Below are positions 35,975 through 43,664 of a stretch of 59,567 bases of DNA, piece by piece. The notes under the pieces were generated by a model. It was not told where the DNA came from and ran no database searches. It saw only the letters and a program-made list of their open reading frames with translations. Each line of letters opens with the position of its first letter. Position 1 is the first letter of the stretch. The DNA is taken from positions 1-59,567 of the forward strand of contig JBDLIU010000001.1 in the NCBI GenBank assembly GCA_039714715.1, in the 5' to 3' direction. Source of the stretch: Bacteroidota bacterium (GTDB taxonomy: Bacteria; Bacteroidota; Bacteroidia; Cytophagales; Cyclobacteriaceae). The translations under genes and the position numbers were made by a program.

Positions 35975-36748
35975 TCAGATATCTATCCTGTATTTAATAA
36001 AAAAGTTAACAGCCGGCACTATATTACTATATGTTTTGCCATAACCGGGAATTGCATAAATATTAAAATCTGGTTGTGAAATATCAGTAGTTAGAAAACG
36101 TATTCTAATCCGGGTTCCCCAATACACATTAGCCAGTAAATTCGGAGAATTTCTGAATGTCTGTGCCTCGGTATTTAATATCCATTCAAACCAATTGGCA
36201 GATAAGTCATTTCTGCTAAAATCAATATCCATATCATCCCACATTTCACTACCTATGTTTGCCTCTCCATGATCTGTATGTTTTGCCTGGGCAAACATCA
36301 GACCCAAAGACAGATATATTTTTGGCTTTACGGTAAAAACGTATTCACCTCCACCACGAAAGTATGATCCTTCCGAAAAGTAGGTGCCATTATTTATAAC
36401 ATTGTGTGGCTGAAGATTGCCATATCCGTATTCTCCGATTATTCTCACTTTCGAGAATAATGAAAAGGCCAGGTTGACTTCCCACTTCTTCTGATCACTA
36501 ACTAAAGATTCGATTCCTTTTCCATAATCTGCACCAATTAGAACAGCAAAATTGGTCGATTTATTAGTCACAGAATCCTGGGATACTTCCTGAACTACTA
36601 TAGAATCCTGGGATACTTCCTGAACTACCGCAGAATCCCGGGTTACTTCCTGAACTGCTACAGAATCCTGGATTACTTCCTGTGCAACCACAGCAAATGA
36701 AGACGCGATTAGCACCAGGCTAGTTATATATTTTTGCAAATGCTTCAT
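35975..36748 (-). CDS. small outer-membrane beta-barrel-like protein with N-terminal 10-aa tandem repeats
   Basis: Signal peptide, then four copies of QEV(x)(x)DS(x)(x)V, then about 190 aa with alternating aromatic/Gly-rich strands ending ...FFIKYRIDI. Possibly DUF6048-like; that is from memory and unverified. Confidence 0.5.
   Translation of the reverse strand: MKHLQKYITSLVLIASSFAVVAQEVIQDSVAVQEVTRDSAVVQEVSQDSIVVQEVSQDSVTNKSTNFAVLIGADYGKGIESLVSDQKKWEVNLAFSLFSKVRIIGEYGYGNLQPHNVINNGTYFSEGSYFRGGGEYVFTVKPKIYLSLGLMFAQAKHTDHGEANIGSEMWDDMDIDFSRNDLSANWFEWILNTEAQTFRNSPNLLANVYWGTRIRIRFLTTDISQPDFNIYAIPGYGKTYSNIVPAVNFFIKYRIDI
36571..36690. repeat. 4 x 30-bp in-frame tandem repeat inside CDS 35975-36748
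   Basis: cagaatcctgggatacttcctgaactacta / tagaatcctgggatacttcctgaactaccg / cagaatcccgggttacttcctgaactgcta / cagaatcctggattacttcctgtgcaacca. Confidence 0.95.
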
Positions 36749-37196
36749 TACTAATACATTCTAAATTGGTGCTGTCCTTACATTTAAGCCATTCCTGGCC
36801 AAATTCAGCAGTGAAATTAGTTATATCACACTCAACAACAATATAATTATCACTTCTTCTTGCAAACCCCCTGTTATAATAAACTGATAGCTTGTTGTTC
36901 ATATACACCAAAGGGCTGTCTAGTTTGTGATAAACAATATTAAATTGCGATGAGTCATGATGCATATCAAGTGGGAACCTAAACTCATAGGTTGTATCCT
37001 GAAAATGCCTGAAAATCTTAGCATCAATAAGATTCACAGAATCAATTGTAATTATTTTTTTAGTGCTGTCACTGCTGTTTAAAAATTGGACTCTCAGGTA
37101 GGGTTCCCCGGTAAATGGTTCACAATTTATGCAATCATCACAGCTGACTGTCAGTATAGAAATTGAGATTAAGAGGAATAATATATTTCGAACCAT
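36720..37196 (-). CDS. small Cys-rich lipoprotein, hypothetical
   Basis: Lipobox LTVSC followed by DDCINCEP. It overlaps the downstream barrel gene by 29 bp, suggesting co-translation. No family was recognised with certainty. Confidence 0.5.
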   Translation of the reverse strand: MVRNILFLLISISILTVSCDDCINCEPFTGEPYLRVQFLNSSDSTKKIITIDSVNLIDAKIFRHFQDTTYEFRFPLDMHHDSSQFNIVYHKLDSPLVYMNNKLSVYYNRGFARRSDNYIVVECDITNFTAEFGQEWLKCKDSTNLECISNEAFAKIYN

Positions 37197-37352
37197 GGAT
37201 ACAAAAATCCTATATTAATAAACAAATTCCGATAAAATCGATACTTATATGAAGAATGTGCTACATCATAAAAATATTGTTAATCGATTCCTCAATCACT
37301 TAACTTATTTTTAGTAAGTTTATTTAAAAAATAGATAATTTATTAATTGCTG

Positions 37353-38063
37353 ATGAAAAAGATATTAATATTCTTCGTTGTATTATTAGTTGGTTGTACC
37401 TCTGCACAGATATCTAAGACGCTTAGTACAGTTGGCAGTGTGTTAAATTCTGAAGAGCTTACTGAAGGTGATGTGGCTGCAGGTTTGAAAGAGGCATTGG
37501 TTAATGGCGTAAATAAAGGGAGTGATCAGGCTTCTCAGGTTGATGGTTTTTATAAAGATCCGTTATTGAAGATTCCATTTCCACCTGAAATCGAAAAAGT
37601 AGAAACGAAGCTAAGACAGCTGGGAGCCGGAAAATTGGTGGATGACTTTGTGCTATCACTAAACCGGGGAGCAGAAAAAGCTGCAGCAGAAGCTAAGCCT
37701 ATCTTTGTCGATGCAGTTAAATCAATGACGGTTCAGGATGCCTGGGGAATTCTTAAGGGAGAAGATAATGCTGCCACTGAATATCTGAAGAGAACAACAT
37801 CTACCCAACTGGAGGCAAAGTTTAAACCGGTAATTAAAGAATCTTTGGATGGGGTAGGTGCTACCAAACACTTCAGTACGGTAGTTAATTATTATAACAA
37901 AATACCGTTGATTGAGGATGTAAATCCTAACCTTGACGACTATGCTACTCAAAAAGCAATGGAGGGACTATTCCTGCTTATTGAAAAAGAAGAAAAAAAT
38001 ATAAGGGAAGATCCAATTGCCAGAACTACCGATTTGTTAAAAAGAGTATTTGCAGAGCAGTAA
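37353..38063 (+). CDS. DUF4197-like lipoprotein
   Basis: Lipobox LLVGC from the ATG at 37353 (the track start 37347 is TTG). GLKEALVNGV... and the overall ~236-aa size resemble DUF4197 proteins. This is from memory and unverified. Confidence 0.55.
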   Translation: MKKILIFFVVLLVGCTSAQISKTLSTVGSVLNSEELTEGDVAAGLKEALVNGVNKGSDQASQVDGFYKDPLLKIPFPPEIEKVETKLRQLGAGKLVDDFVLSLNRGAEKAAAEAKPIFVDAVKSMTVQDAWGILKGEDNAATEYLKRTTSTQLEAKFKPVIKESLDGVGATKHFSTVVNYYNKIPLIEDVNPNLDDYATQKAMEGLFLLIEKEEKNIREDPIARTTDLLKRVFAEQ

Positions 38064-38111
38064 TCAGTGGTCAGTATTCAGTGGTATGTGTTACTGATAA
38101 CTGATAACCGA

Positions 38112-40619
38112 TTATACTGGATCTACATCAATTACGATGGTAATAGTTTTGTAAGACTTTTGAATTAAGATTTCCCTGGCACAGGCACGAATAGTCTGTC
38201 TTACTTTGGAAATACTCATCTGCCTTCCGATTTTAAGGTATATTTCTCTTAAATACTTGTCCCTTACTCTACTAATAGATGGAATAACAGGCCCAAGTAC
38301 CATATCGCTGCCCATTTTTTTTACGGTAATGTGATATAGCTCGTTTACAGCTTGTGATACAACCTGGTGATCTCTGCCTTTAATAACAAGTTTTGTCATT
38401 CGGCTGAATGGAGGGTAGTTAAACAACTTACGTTCAATAATTTCCTTTTCAAAAAATAATTTATAATCCTGATTAAGAATTACAGGAACTATCTCCTGGT
38501 CTGGATTATAGGTTTGAATTAACACCTGTCCCTGTTTTTCTTTTCTGCCGGCTCTTCCAGCAACCTGTACAGCCAACTGAAAAGTTCTTTCAACTGATCT
38601 GAAATCAGGGAAGTGGAGCATTCTGTCAAGATTGATTATTCCCACAAGGCCTACGTTGTCAAAGTCGAGGCCCTTGGTTACCATTTGCGTACCTACCAGG
38701 ATTTTTATTTTACCACTACCGAAATTGTCAATTATTCTAGCGTAAGAACCTCTGCCTTTGGTAGTGTCAAGATCCAGCCGGGCAATTTCTGTTTCGGGAA
38801 ACATATGTTTCAACTCCTCTTCCAGTTGCTCTGTGCCAAAGCTTACCGTTTGCATTGCAACTGAGCCACATGAAATGCAGCTACTGGGGGATGGTGTCTT
38901 ATAACCACAATAATGGCACCTTAATTCACTGCTGTATTGATGATATGTTAAACTAACATCACAGTGTTTGCACTGTGGCACCCAACCACAGTCTTTGCAG
39001 GATAACAAAGGAGCGTATCCCCTTCGATTTTGGAATATAATAACCTGTTCCTCCTTAGAAAGCGTGTTATCAATGGTTTGAACCAGTTCTTCACTGAAAT
39101 TACCACGCATCTTTTTCTTTTTTAATGCTTTTGATATATCGATAGCACTTACTTGTGGTAATACAGAACCTCCAAATCGTTCACTAATAGTTACTAATGT
39201 GTATTTATTGGTTATGGCTAACTGATAGCTTTCCAGTGATGGGGTAGCCGTACCCAGGAGAGTTTTGGCTTTATGCATTTGAGCCAGCATTAAAGCTGCA
39301 TCACGTGCATTATACCTTGGAGCAGGATCATACTGTTTGTAGGATGAATCGTGTTCTTCATCAATTATTATTAATCCTAAGTTATCAAAAGGTAAAAAAA
39401 CAGAAGATCTTACGCCTACAACGAGATTGATTTTACCAGATATCAGGTTTTGCCAAACCTCTACACGTTCATTGGCTGAGTATTTCGAATGATAAACGCC
39501 CATGTTATCACCAAAAACTTGCTCAAGTCTGGCTACAATCTGGGTCGTTAATGCAATCTCCGGTAACAAGTATAAAACCTGGTGACCCGATGCCAATACT
39601 TCAAGAATTAATTCTATATAAATTTCTGTTTTCCCGCTTCCTGTTATCCCGTGAAGTAAAACAGGTTTGTTTGATTGAAAGCCTGTCAGTATCTCAGTGT
39701 TAGCTTCGTTTTGCTTATCTGATAGCTTCTTGGGAGGTATTAATTTCGTATTTTTTTTGAACCTGGAAACTTCCTTGTCAAATTGTTCGATGATACCATT
39801 CCTGGCCAGGGTATTAATAGAGGATAAGGAGTACCCTGCCTTGACAAGGTCTTCCTGCAACATGCCATTTTCGTTGGCTGAAAGATCTTCCAATGCAGGA
39901 ACTTCACGAAGATATGCCATTAGCACATCAATTTGTTTTGGTCTTTTCTCGAGTTGTCTGAAAACCTCTTCGAGGGCTTCTTCATTGGAAATAAGAGAAG
40001 GCTCAAGACGGATACATTTCTTTAGTTTTGGCGAAAATTTTTCTTTAATATGATCAATTAACAAGACGGCATCCTTAGTGATTAAAGCTTTTAACACCTT
40101 GGTATAGGCCTTTTTACCCATCAGGTTGATTATTTTCAAAGATTCTATGGGTGTGTCAACAGATAAATGATGGAGCAGTAGCTGTTCTTCAATGCTTAAT
40201 ACATAATCACTCTCATCAAAGTATGGGTTTCGCTGGAGGAGAGAGGTGGTATTAACCTTTAGTCCTGAAGGTAATCCGGCTTGTAACACTTCACCGGGAG
40301 TACATAAGTAATAGTCGGCTATCCAATGGTAGAACTTAAGCTGAACTTCATTAAAAGACGGGGATACTTCCAGGATATCAATTATGCGTTTTGCCACATA
40401 TTCTTTTGGAGAATCGTTATGTACTTTTTGAATGATGGCGGTTAGAATCTGACTTTTCCCAAATGGAACCACAACTCTACAGCCAATAGCAATTTCAGCT
40501 TCCATTGATTTTGGGACACGATAAGTGAACAGTTTGTGAAGAGGCAATGGTAGGATTACATCAACAAAATAGGTTGGCGTAAAGCTATTTTTCCCGGATG
40601 TAAATGATAATTGAGACAA
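38112..40619 (-). CDS. priA: primosomal protein N' (replication restart helicase PriA)
   Basis: Walker A LLHGITGSGKTE and DEEH box IIDEEHD. Cys-rich zinc region CKDCGWVPQCKHCDVSLTYHQYSSELRCHYCGYKTPSPSSCISCGS. The N-terminal FVDVILPLPL...FTYRVP is typical of PriA. The start codon is TTG. Confidence 0.9.
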   Translation of the reverse strand: MSQLSFTSGKNSFTPTYFVDVILPLPLHKLFTYRVPKSMEAEIAIGCRVVVPFGKSQILTAIIQKVHNDSPKEYVAKRIIDILEVSPSFNEVQLKFYHWIADYYLCTPGEVLQAGLPSGLKVNTTSLLQRNPYFDESDYVLSIEEQLLLHHLSVDTPIESLKIINLMGKKAYTKVLKALITKDAVLLIDHIKEKFSPKLKKCIRLEPSLISNEEALEEVFRQLEKRPKQIDVLMAYLREVPALEDLSANENGMLQEDLVKAGYSLSSINTLARNGIIEQFDKEVSRFKKNTKLIPPKKLSDKQNEANTEILTGFQSNKPVLLHGITGSGKTEIYIELILEVLASGHQVLYLLPEIALTTQIVARLEQVFGDNMGVYHSKYSANERVEVWQNLISGKINLVVGVRSSVFLPFDNLGLIIIDEEHDSSYKQYDPAPRYNARDAALMLAQMHKAKTLLGTATPSLESYQLAITNKYTLVTISERFGGSVLPQVSAIDISKALKKKKMRGNFSEELVQTIDNTLSKEEQVIIFQNRRGYAPLLSCKDCGWVPQCKHCDVSLTYHQYSSELRCHYCGYKTPSPSSCISCGSVAMQTVSFGTEQLEEELKHMFPETEIARLDLDTTKGRGSYARIIDNFGSGKIKILVGTQMVTKGLDFDNVGLVGIINLDRMLHFPDFRSVERTFQLAVQVAGRAGRKEKQGQVLIQTYNPDQEIVPVILNQDYKLFFEKEIIERKLFNYPPFSRMTKLVIKGRDHQVVSQAVNELYHITVKKMGSDMVLGPVIPSISRVRDKYLREIYLKIGRQMSISKVRQTIRACAREILIQKSYKTITIVIDVDPV

Positions 40620-40641
40620 CCTGTTCTTGTTTACTTCTAAA

Positions 40642-41616
40642 TTATATTATCTGATCCTTTACACGCTTAATTTCCATCTTAACATTAACAGATGACGGTA
40701 ATGATTCCAAATCATTTAATAGCTTTCTAAGAAACTGCTGATGTTTTTCTGTAGCTGGATTGAAAGGTTTGTGCTTAAGTGCTGAATTAATCTTATTCCA
40801 CCTTTTAATAAAATCAAGGGTGTTACTATTGAAAAAAGACTTGTTAAAATGCTCCCAGATATAGCCAACGGCTTGATTTGTAGGGTGGATCATATCAGGT
40901 TTATAATACCGATAGTCACGTAAATCATCCATCATTATTTCATACGATGGATAATAATAAACTGAATCATATGTTTTTTCCAACTCATTACAGAAAATCC
41001 TTAGAATTGATTTGCTCACAGCATTTTCACTGATACCATCACGGAGGTGCCTTACAGGGCTAACAGTCACAATTATTTTAATTTCCGGATTGAATTCAGT
41101 TAGTTGTTGATAAAAAGATTCAAAATCTACTATTAACTGTTTTACAGAGAGCAATTCTTTGTTGAAGTTACTACCAGGCAATTTCTGACAATTGGCTACA
41201 AATTCTGATGATTTGGCATATCGATAAACGAATGCAGTTCCATAGGTAATGATTAGCCATTTAGTGGAAGCCAGTTGATATTTTGTTGTGGCCAGGTTCC
41301 CTTTGATCTTAAGTTGCAATTCACTCTTTTCCATACCTCTAAAGGACGAGTGAAGTTCGAGGTTTCTAAATACACCTTCATTCAGGACATAGGTATCTTC
41401 TTCAGGCTGTTGATCATCAATAGTATAGTTTAGAAGCCTTGATATCGATAAGGGATCATAGATGGTTCCAAATGGATTGATTAATGTGTTGAATTTATGC
41501 TCATCAAGCTTTGAACCTATGCTGTCTGAGAAACATGATCCAATAGTAAGAATTGGATCTGACAGGTCAATTTTTACATCTGGATCAAGTAATTTAACTG
41601 GTGTTCTGAAATCCAT
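40642..41616 (-). CDS. GSCFA-domain protein
   Basis: The N-terminal motif TIGSCFSDSIG gives the GSCFA family its name. 324 aa. Confidence 0.8.
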   Translation of the reverse strand: MDFRTPVKLLDPDVKIDLSDPILTIGSCFSDSIGSKLDEHKFNTLINPFGTIYDPLSISRLLNYTIDDQQPEEDTYVLNEGVFRNLELHSSFRGMEKSELQLKIKGNLATTKYQLASTKWLIITYGTAFVYRYAKSSEFVANCQKLPGSNFNKELLSVKQLIVDFESFYQQLTEFNPEIKIIVTVSPVRHLRDGISENAVSKSILRIFCNELEKTYDSVYYYPSYEIMMDDLRDYRYYKPDMIHPTNQAVGYIWEHFNKSFFNSNTLDFIKRWNKINSALKHKPFNPATEKHQQFLRKLLNDLESLPSSVNVKMEIKRVKDQII

Positions 41617-41681
41617 GTATTAAAAGTAGTTATAATTCACTGAAGAAGGCAATAAAAAAAGGCTGTCAATATTTGTTTTCG

Positions 41682-41700
41682 TCCTCGTTTGCAACGAGGA
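41682..41700. repeat. left REP-like hairpin (stem tcctcgt / acgagga, loop ttgca)
   Basis: Read directly from the sequence. It has the same stem and orientation as the hairpin at 42346-42364. Confidence 0.8.
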
Positions 41701-41729
41701 TGATTTAAAATGGTAATTGCATTACCAGA

Positions 41730-42317
41730 ATGTCTAAATTTACTATTTCAATGAATGAATTATTAATGGCAGGAGATCGATATTTTATTAAAGATCAGAA
41801 AGCGAGTTATTTCCTAACATTAACTGTAGTTGACTGGGTGGATATATTTACCAGACAAGATTATCGTGATGTTATTGTTAACTCTTTGAATTACTGTGTA
41901 GAAGAAAAGGGATTGGTACTTAATTCATGGGTTGTTATGAGTAATCATATCCATTTGGTAGGAAGAGTTGAAGGTGATTTGGGAATGTCTGGTTTTCTGA
42001 GGGATTTTAAAAAATTTACATCTAAAAAGATAATTTCACTAATCAAAGAAATTCCTGAGAGCAGAAGAAAGTGGCTTCTAAATAAGTTTGAATTTGAGGC
42101 AAAGAGAACGGGAAGGGCAAAGTATTTTAAAGTTTGGAAAGATAGTAATCATGCAATTGACCTGACAAATAATGAGATCGATGTTTATAACAAGATTGAT
42201 TATATACATATGAATCCTGTTGTTAATAGACTAGTAGATAATCCAGAAGAATATTTATATAGTAGTGCAAAAGATTACGAGAATAAGAAAGGGCTGGTTA
42301 AAGTGGAAGTGATATAG
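41730..42317 (+). CDS. REP-associated tyrosine transposase / IS200-like Y1 HUH transposase
   Basis: 195 aa. HUH motif in SNHIHLVG and catalytic-Tyr region EEYLYSSAKDY, which fits the Y1_Tnp (COG1943) architecture. Confidence 0.7.
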   Translation: MSKFTISMNELLMAGDRYFIKDQKASYFLTLTVVDWVDIFTRQDYRDVIVNSLNYCVEEKGLVLNSWVVMSNHIHLVGRVEGDLGMSGFLRDFKKFTSKKIISLIKEIPESRRKWLLNKFEFEAKRTGRAKYFKVWKDSNHAIDLTNNEIDVYNKIDYIHMNPVVNRLVDNPEEYLYSSAKDYENKKGLVKVEVI

Positions 42318-42345
42318 TATACCTTGCAAAGGCTAATTTAAGGTA

Positions 42346-42364
42346 TCCTCGTCACAGACGAGGA
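42346..42364. repeat. right REP-like hairpin (stem tcctcgt / acgagga, loop cacag)
   Basis: Read directly from the sequence. Confidence 0.8.
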
Positions 42365-42370
42365 CAAGAA

Positions 42371-42407
42371 AATAAAAAAAGGCTGTCAATTTACACTGAC
42401 AGCCTTT
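42371..42407 (-). terminator. rho-independent terminator of the rpsF-rpsR-rplI operon
   Basis: 11-bp stem aaaggctgtca (42378-42388) / tgacagccttt (42397-42407) with an 8-nt loop. On the minus strand TTTTTTTATT follows it. It lies 20 bp after the rplI stop. Confidence 0.8.
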
Positions 42408-42426
42408 ATACAATTATAAGTTAATT

Positions 42427-42870
42427 TTATTCAGCTACAACTTTAAAGTTTAGTTCTGCTGTAACTTCTTTATGTAACTCAATTAGAGCAACATAATCAC
42501 CAATAGTTTTAATATCAGCATTAAATTTTATCCTTCTTCTATCAACCTCGAAACCGTTTTCACTTAATACGTCAGAAATCTGAAGAGAAGTAACTGCACC
42601 GAAAATTTTACCACTTTCACCAGCTTTTGCTCCGATTGCAATGTCAAGTGCCTGAACTTTTTCTGCAATTGCCAGTGCATCGTTCTTAAGCTTCTCTGCT
42701 TTGTGAGCAGCCTGACGAATATTCTCATCGATCATTTTACGATTTGAATTGTTGGCCAGAATAGCTACTCCTTGCGGGATAAGATAATTTCTGCCATACC
42801 CGGCTTTTACCTTAACCGTATCATATTTATAACCCAATCCGGGCATATCTTTCTTTAATATCACTTCCAT
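42427..42870 (-). CDS. rplI: 50S ribosomal protein L9
   Basis: MEVILKKDMPGLGYKYDTVKVKAGYGRNYLIPQG is the conserved L9 N-terminus. 147 aa. Confidence 0.95.
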   Translation of the reverse strand: MEVILKKDMPGLGYKYDTVKVKAGYGRNYLIPQGVAILANNSNRKMIDENIRQAAHKAEKLKNDALAIAEKVQALDIAIGAKAGESGKIFGAVTSLQISDVLSENGFEVDRRRIKFNADIKTIGDYVALIELHKEVTAELNFKVVAE

Positions 42871-42877
42871 GGCTTTC

Positions 42878-43129
42878 TTATCTTATTGAATCAGCAGTAT
42901 AAGGTAAAATGGCCAGGTGCCTAGCCCTTTTTATTGCTTGCGCAATTTTTTTCTGATTTTTAATTGTTGTTCCTGTTAACCTTCTGGGAAGAATCTTACC
43001 ATGGTCATTCAGAAATTGAATTAAAAACTTAGGGTCTTTATAATCGATGTATTTAATGCCGGCCTTTGTAATACGACAGTATTTTGCCTGTACATCCTGT
43101 CGATTAATGCTTTCGTTCTGTAATGTCAT
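42878..43129 (-). CDS. rpsR: 30S ribosomal protein S18
   Basis: [50 protein letters not shown] is the conserved S18 core. Confidence 0.95.
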   Translation of the reverse strand: MTLQNESINRQDVQAKYCRITKAGIKYIDYKDPKFLIQFLNDHGKILPRRLTGTTIKNQKKIAQAIKRARHLAILPYTADSIR

Positions 43130-43485
43130 ACTATTTCCTTCTTGGGTTTTTGTTTTTTAAACTCTCCTTTTCTACGCCTTTCGTTATAAGCTATGGCGTG
43201 CTTGTCAAGGGTAACGGTTAAGAATCTTAACACACCCTCGTCTCTTCTAAACTCCGTTTCAAGCTTATCGATCACTGAAGGATTTGCCTGATATTCAAGA
43301 AGGTTGTAAAATCCGGTAGATTTATGCTGAATCTGATAAGTAAGCTTTTTAAGCCCCCATATCTCTTCATTAATAATCTTTGCACCGGAATCTTTTAACA
43401 ACTTTGCATACTTCTTGACAGCATCCTTCATCTGGTCCTCAGATAAAACGGGAGTTAAAATGAATACCGTCTCGTAATTTTTCAT
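43126..43485 (-). CDS. rpsF: 30S ribosomal protein S6
   Basis: [18 protein letters not shown] and [10 protein letters not shown] match the S6 signature. It has a 4-bp overlap with rpsR. Confidence 0.95.
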   Translation of the reverse strand: MKNYETVFILTPVLSEDQMKDAVKKYAKLLKDSGAKIINEEIWGLKKLTYQIQHKSTGFYNLLEYQANPSVIDKLETEFRRDEGVLRFLTVTLDKHAIAYNERRRKGEFKKQKPKKEIV

Positions 43486-43509
43486 TTGTTATAGTTTTAA
43501 ATTGGAGTG

Positions 43510-43540
43510 CAAAAATAGAGAAAGCATATATAAAAGCAAA
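43510..43540 (-). promoter_or_regulatory. Bacteroidota-type promoter of rpsF operon (-33 TTTG, 19 nt, -7 TATTTTTG)
   Basis: The minus strand reads TTTG (43540-43537), 19 nt, TATTTTTG (43517-43510), about 24 nt upstream of the rpsF ATG. Both consensus elements and the spacing match exactly. Confidence 0.65.
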
Positions 43541-43603
43541 GCCTTCTATTAATTTGGAGCAAATAAATAAACTCACTTAAAATTTAATGTTATCATAACG
43601 TGA

Positions 43604-43643
43604 TAAAAAAAGGGAATCACTTTTTATTGATTCCCTTTTTTCG
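43604..43643 (-). terminator. rho-independent terminator after the EF-G paralogue
   Basis: 10-bp stem aagggaatca (43611-43620) / tgattccctt (43629-43638) with an 8-nt loop. A-runs and T-runs lie on both sides. It starts 27 bp after the stop at 43665. Confidence 0.8.
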
Positions 43644-43664
43644 GTATCTACGTTACACTTTTAT

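Larger units (their letters stand above)
41671..42370. mobile_element. RAYT / IS200-like Y1-transposase cassette bounded by identical-stem hairpins and a 20-bp direct repeat
   Basis: One HUH/Y1 gene is flanked by hairpins with the same stem tcctcgt/acgagga at 41682-41700 and 42346-42364. The whole unit is bracketed by an exact 20-bp direct repeat aataaaaaaaggctgtcaat at 41651-41670 and 42371-42390. Confidence 0.5.

Noticed and set aside
36571-36690. Possible CRISPR array (regular 30-bp repeats)
   Set aside because: The repeats are directly adjacent with no spacers. They are in frame within a CDS and encode a 10-aa peptide repeat. No cas genes are present.
38064-38111. Terminator between convergent DUF4197 and priA genes
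   Set aside because: Only imperfect pairing is present (cagtattcagt versus actgataactg, two central mismatches) and there is no T-tract. This is too weak to annotate.
39697-40053. 118-aa plus-strand ORF inside priA
   Set aside because: It is an antisense shadow ORF of a gene with clear helicase and zinc-finger motifs.
41651-41670. Interpreting the 20-bp direct repeats as a classical target-site duplication of an IS200/IS605 element
   Set aside because: That family transposes as single strands without generating duplications, and 20 bp is unusually long. I kept it as an open observation (see findings) rather than calling it a TSD.
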